DNA from: Octopus bimaculoides
Lineage: Eukaryota
Reading direction: 5' to 3'
Assembly: GCF_001194135.2 (NCBI RefSeq)
Contig: NC_068984.1
Coordinates: 136,534,727-136,571,183, forward strand
DNA: 36,457 bases
Positions 36,399-36,457 of the stretch are shown here, piece after piece (the stretch's first letter is position 1; each line of letters starts with the position of its first letter). Below the pieces are notes generated by a model, which was not told the origin of the DNA, did not search any database, and saw only the letters and a list, made by a program, of their open reading frames with translations. The translations under genes and the position numbers were made by a program.

Positions 36399-36457
<59 letters not shown>
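36295..36457. repeat. (TATG)/(TG)/(TA) microsatellite
   Basis: Read directly. Confidence 0.95.

Overview
AT-rich, microsatellite-dense eukaryotic DNA from a gapped draft assembly: 10 N-gaps, nine bordered by microsatellites. The repeat types resemble those I recall from Octopus (inference, not searched). No host protein-coding gene is identifiable with confidence, and most ORF-track entries are microsatellite or gap artefacts. The window is mainly interspersed repeats: (i) many tRNA-derived SINEs in several modular families, three with clear target-site duplications (TSDs); (ii) a near-complete, dead irritans/Himar-type mariner interrupted by a TTAA MITE; (iii) a second TTAA MITE inside a SINE; (iv) two hAT (Charlie/Buster-like) transposase remnants in opposite orientation; (v) an RTE LINE 3' fragment and a more decayed RT remnant; (vi) REL-endonuclease (R4/Dong-like) LINE 3' ends embedded in (AAT)n; (vii) two Penelope-type ends, each with a minimal hammerhead-ribozyme fold. 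The best leads are the hammerheads, a strict RFX X-box within a transcription-factor motif cluster, a candidate minus-strand terminal exon, apparent TAA-microsatellite targeting by the REL LINEs, and module swapping among SINEs.
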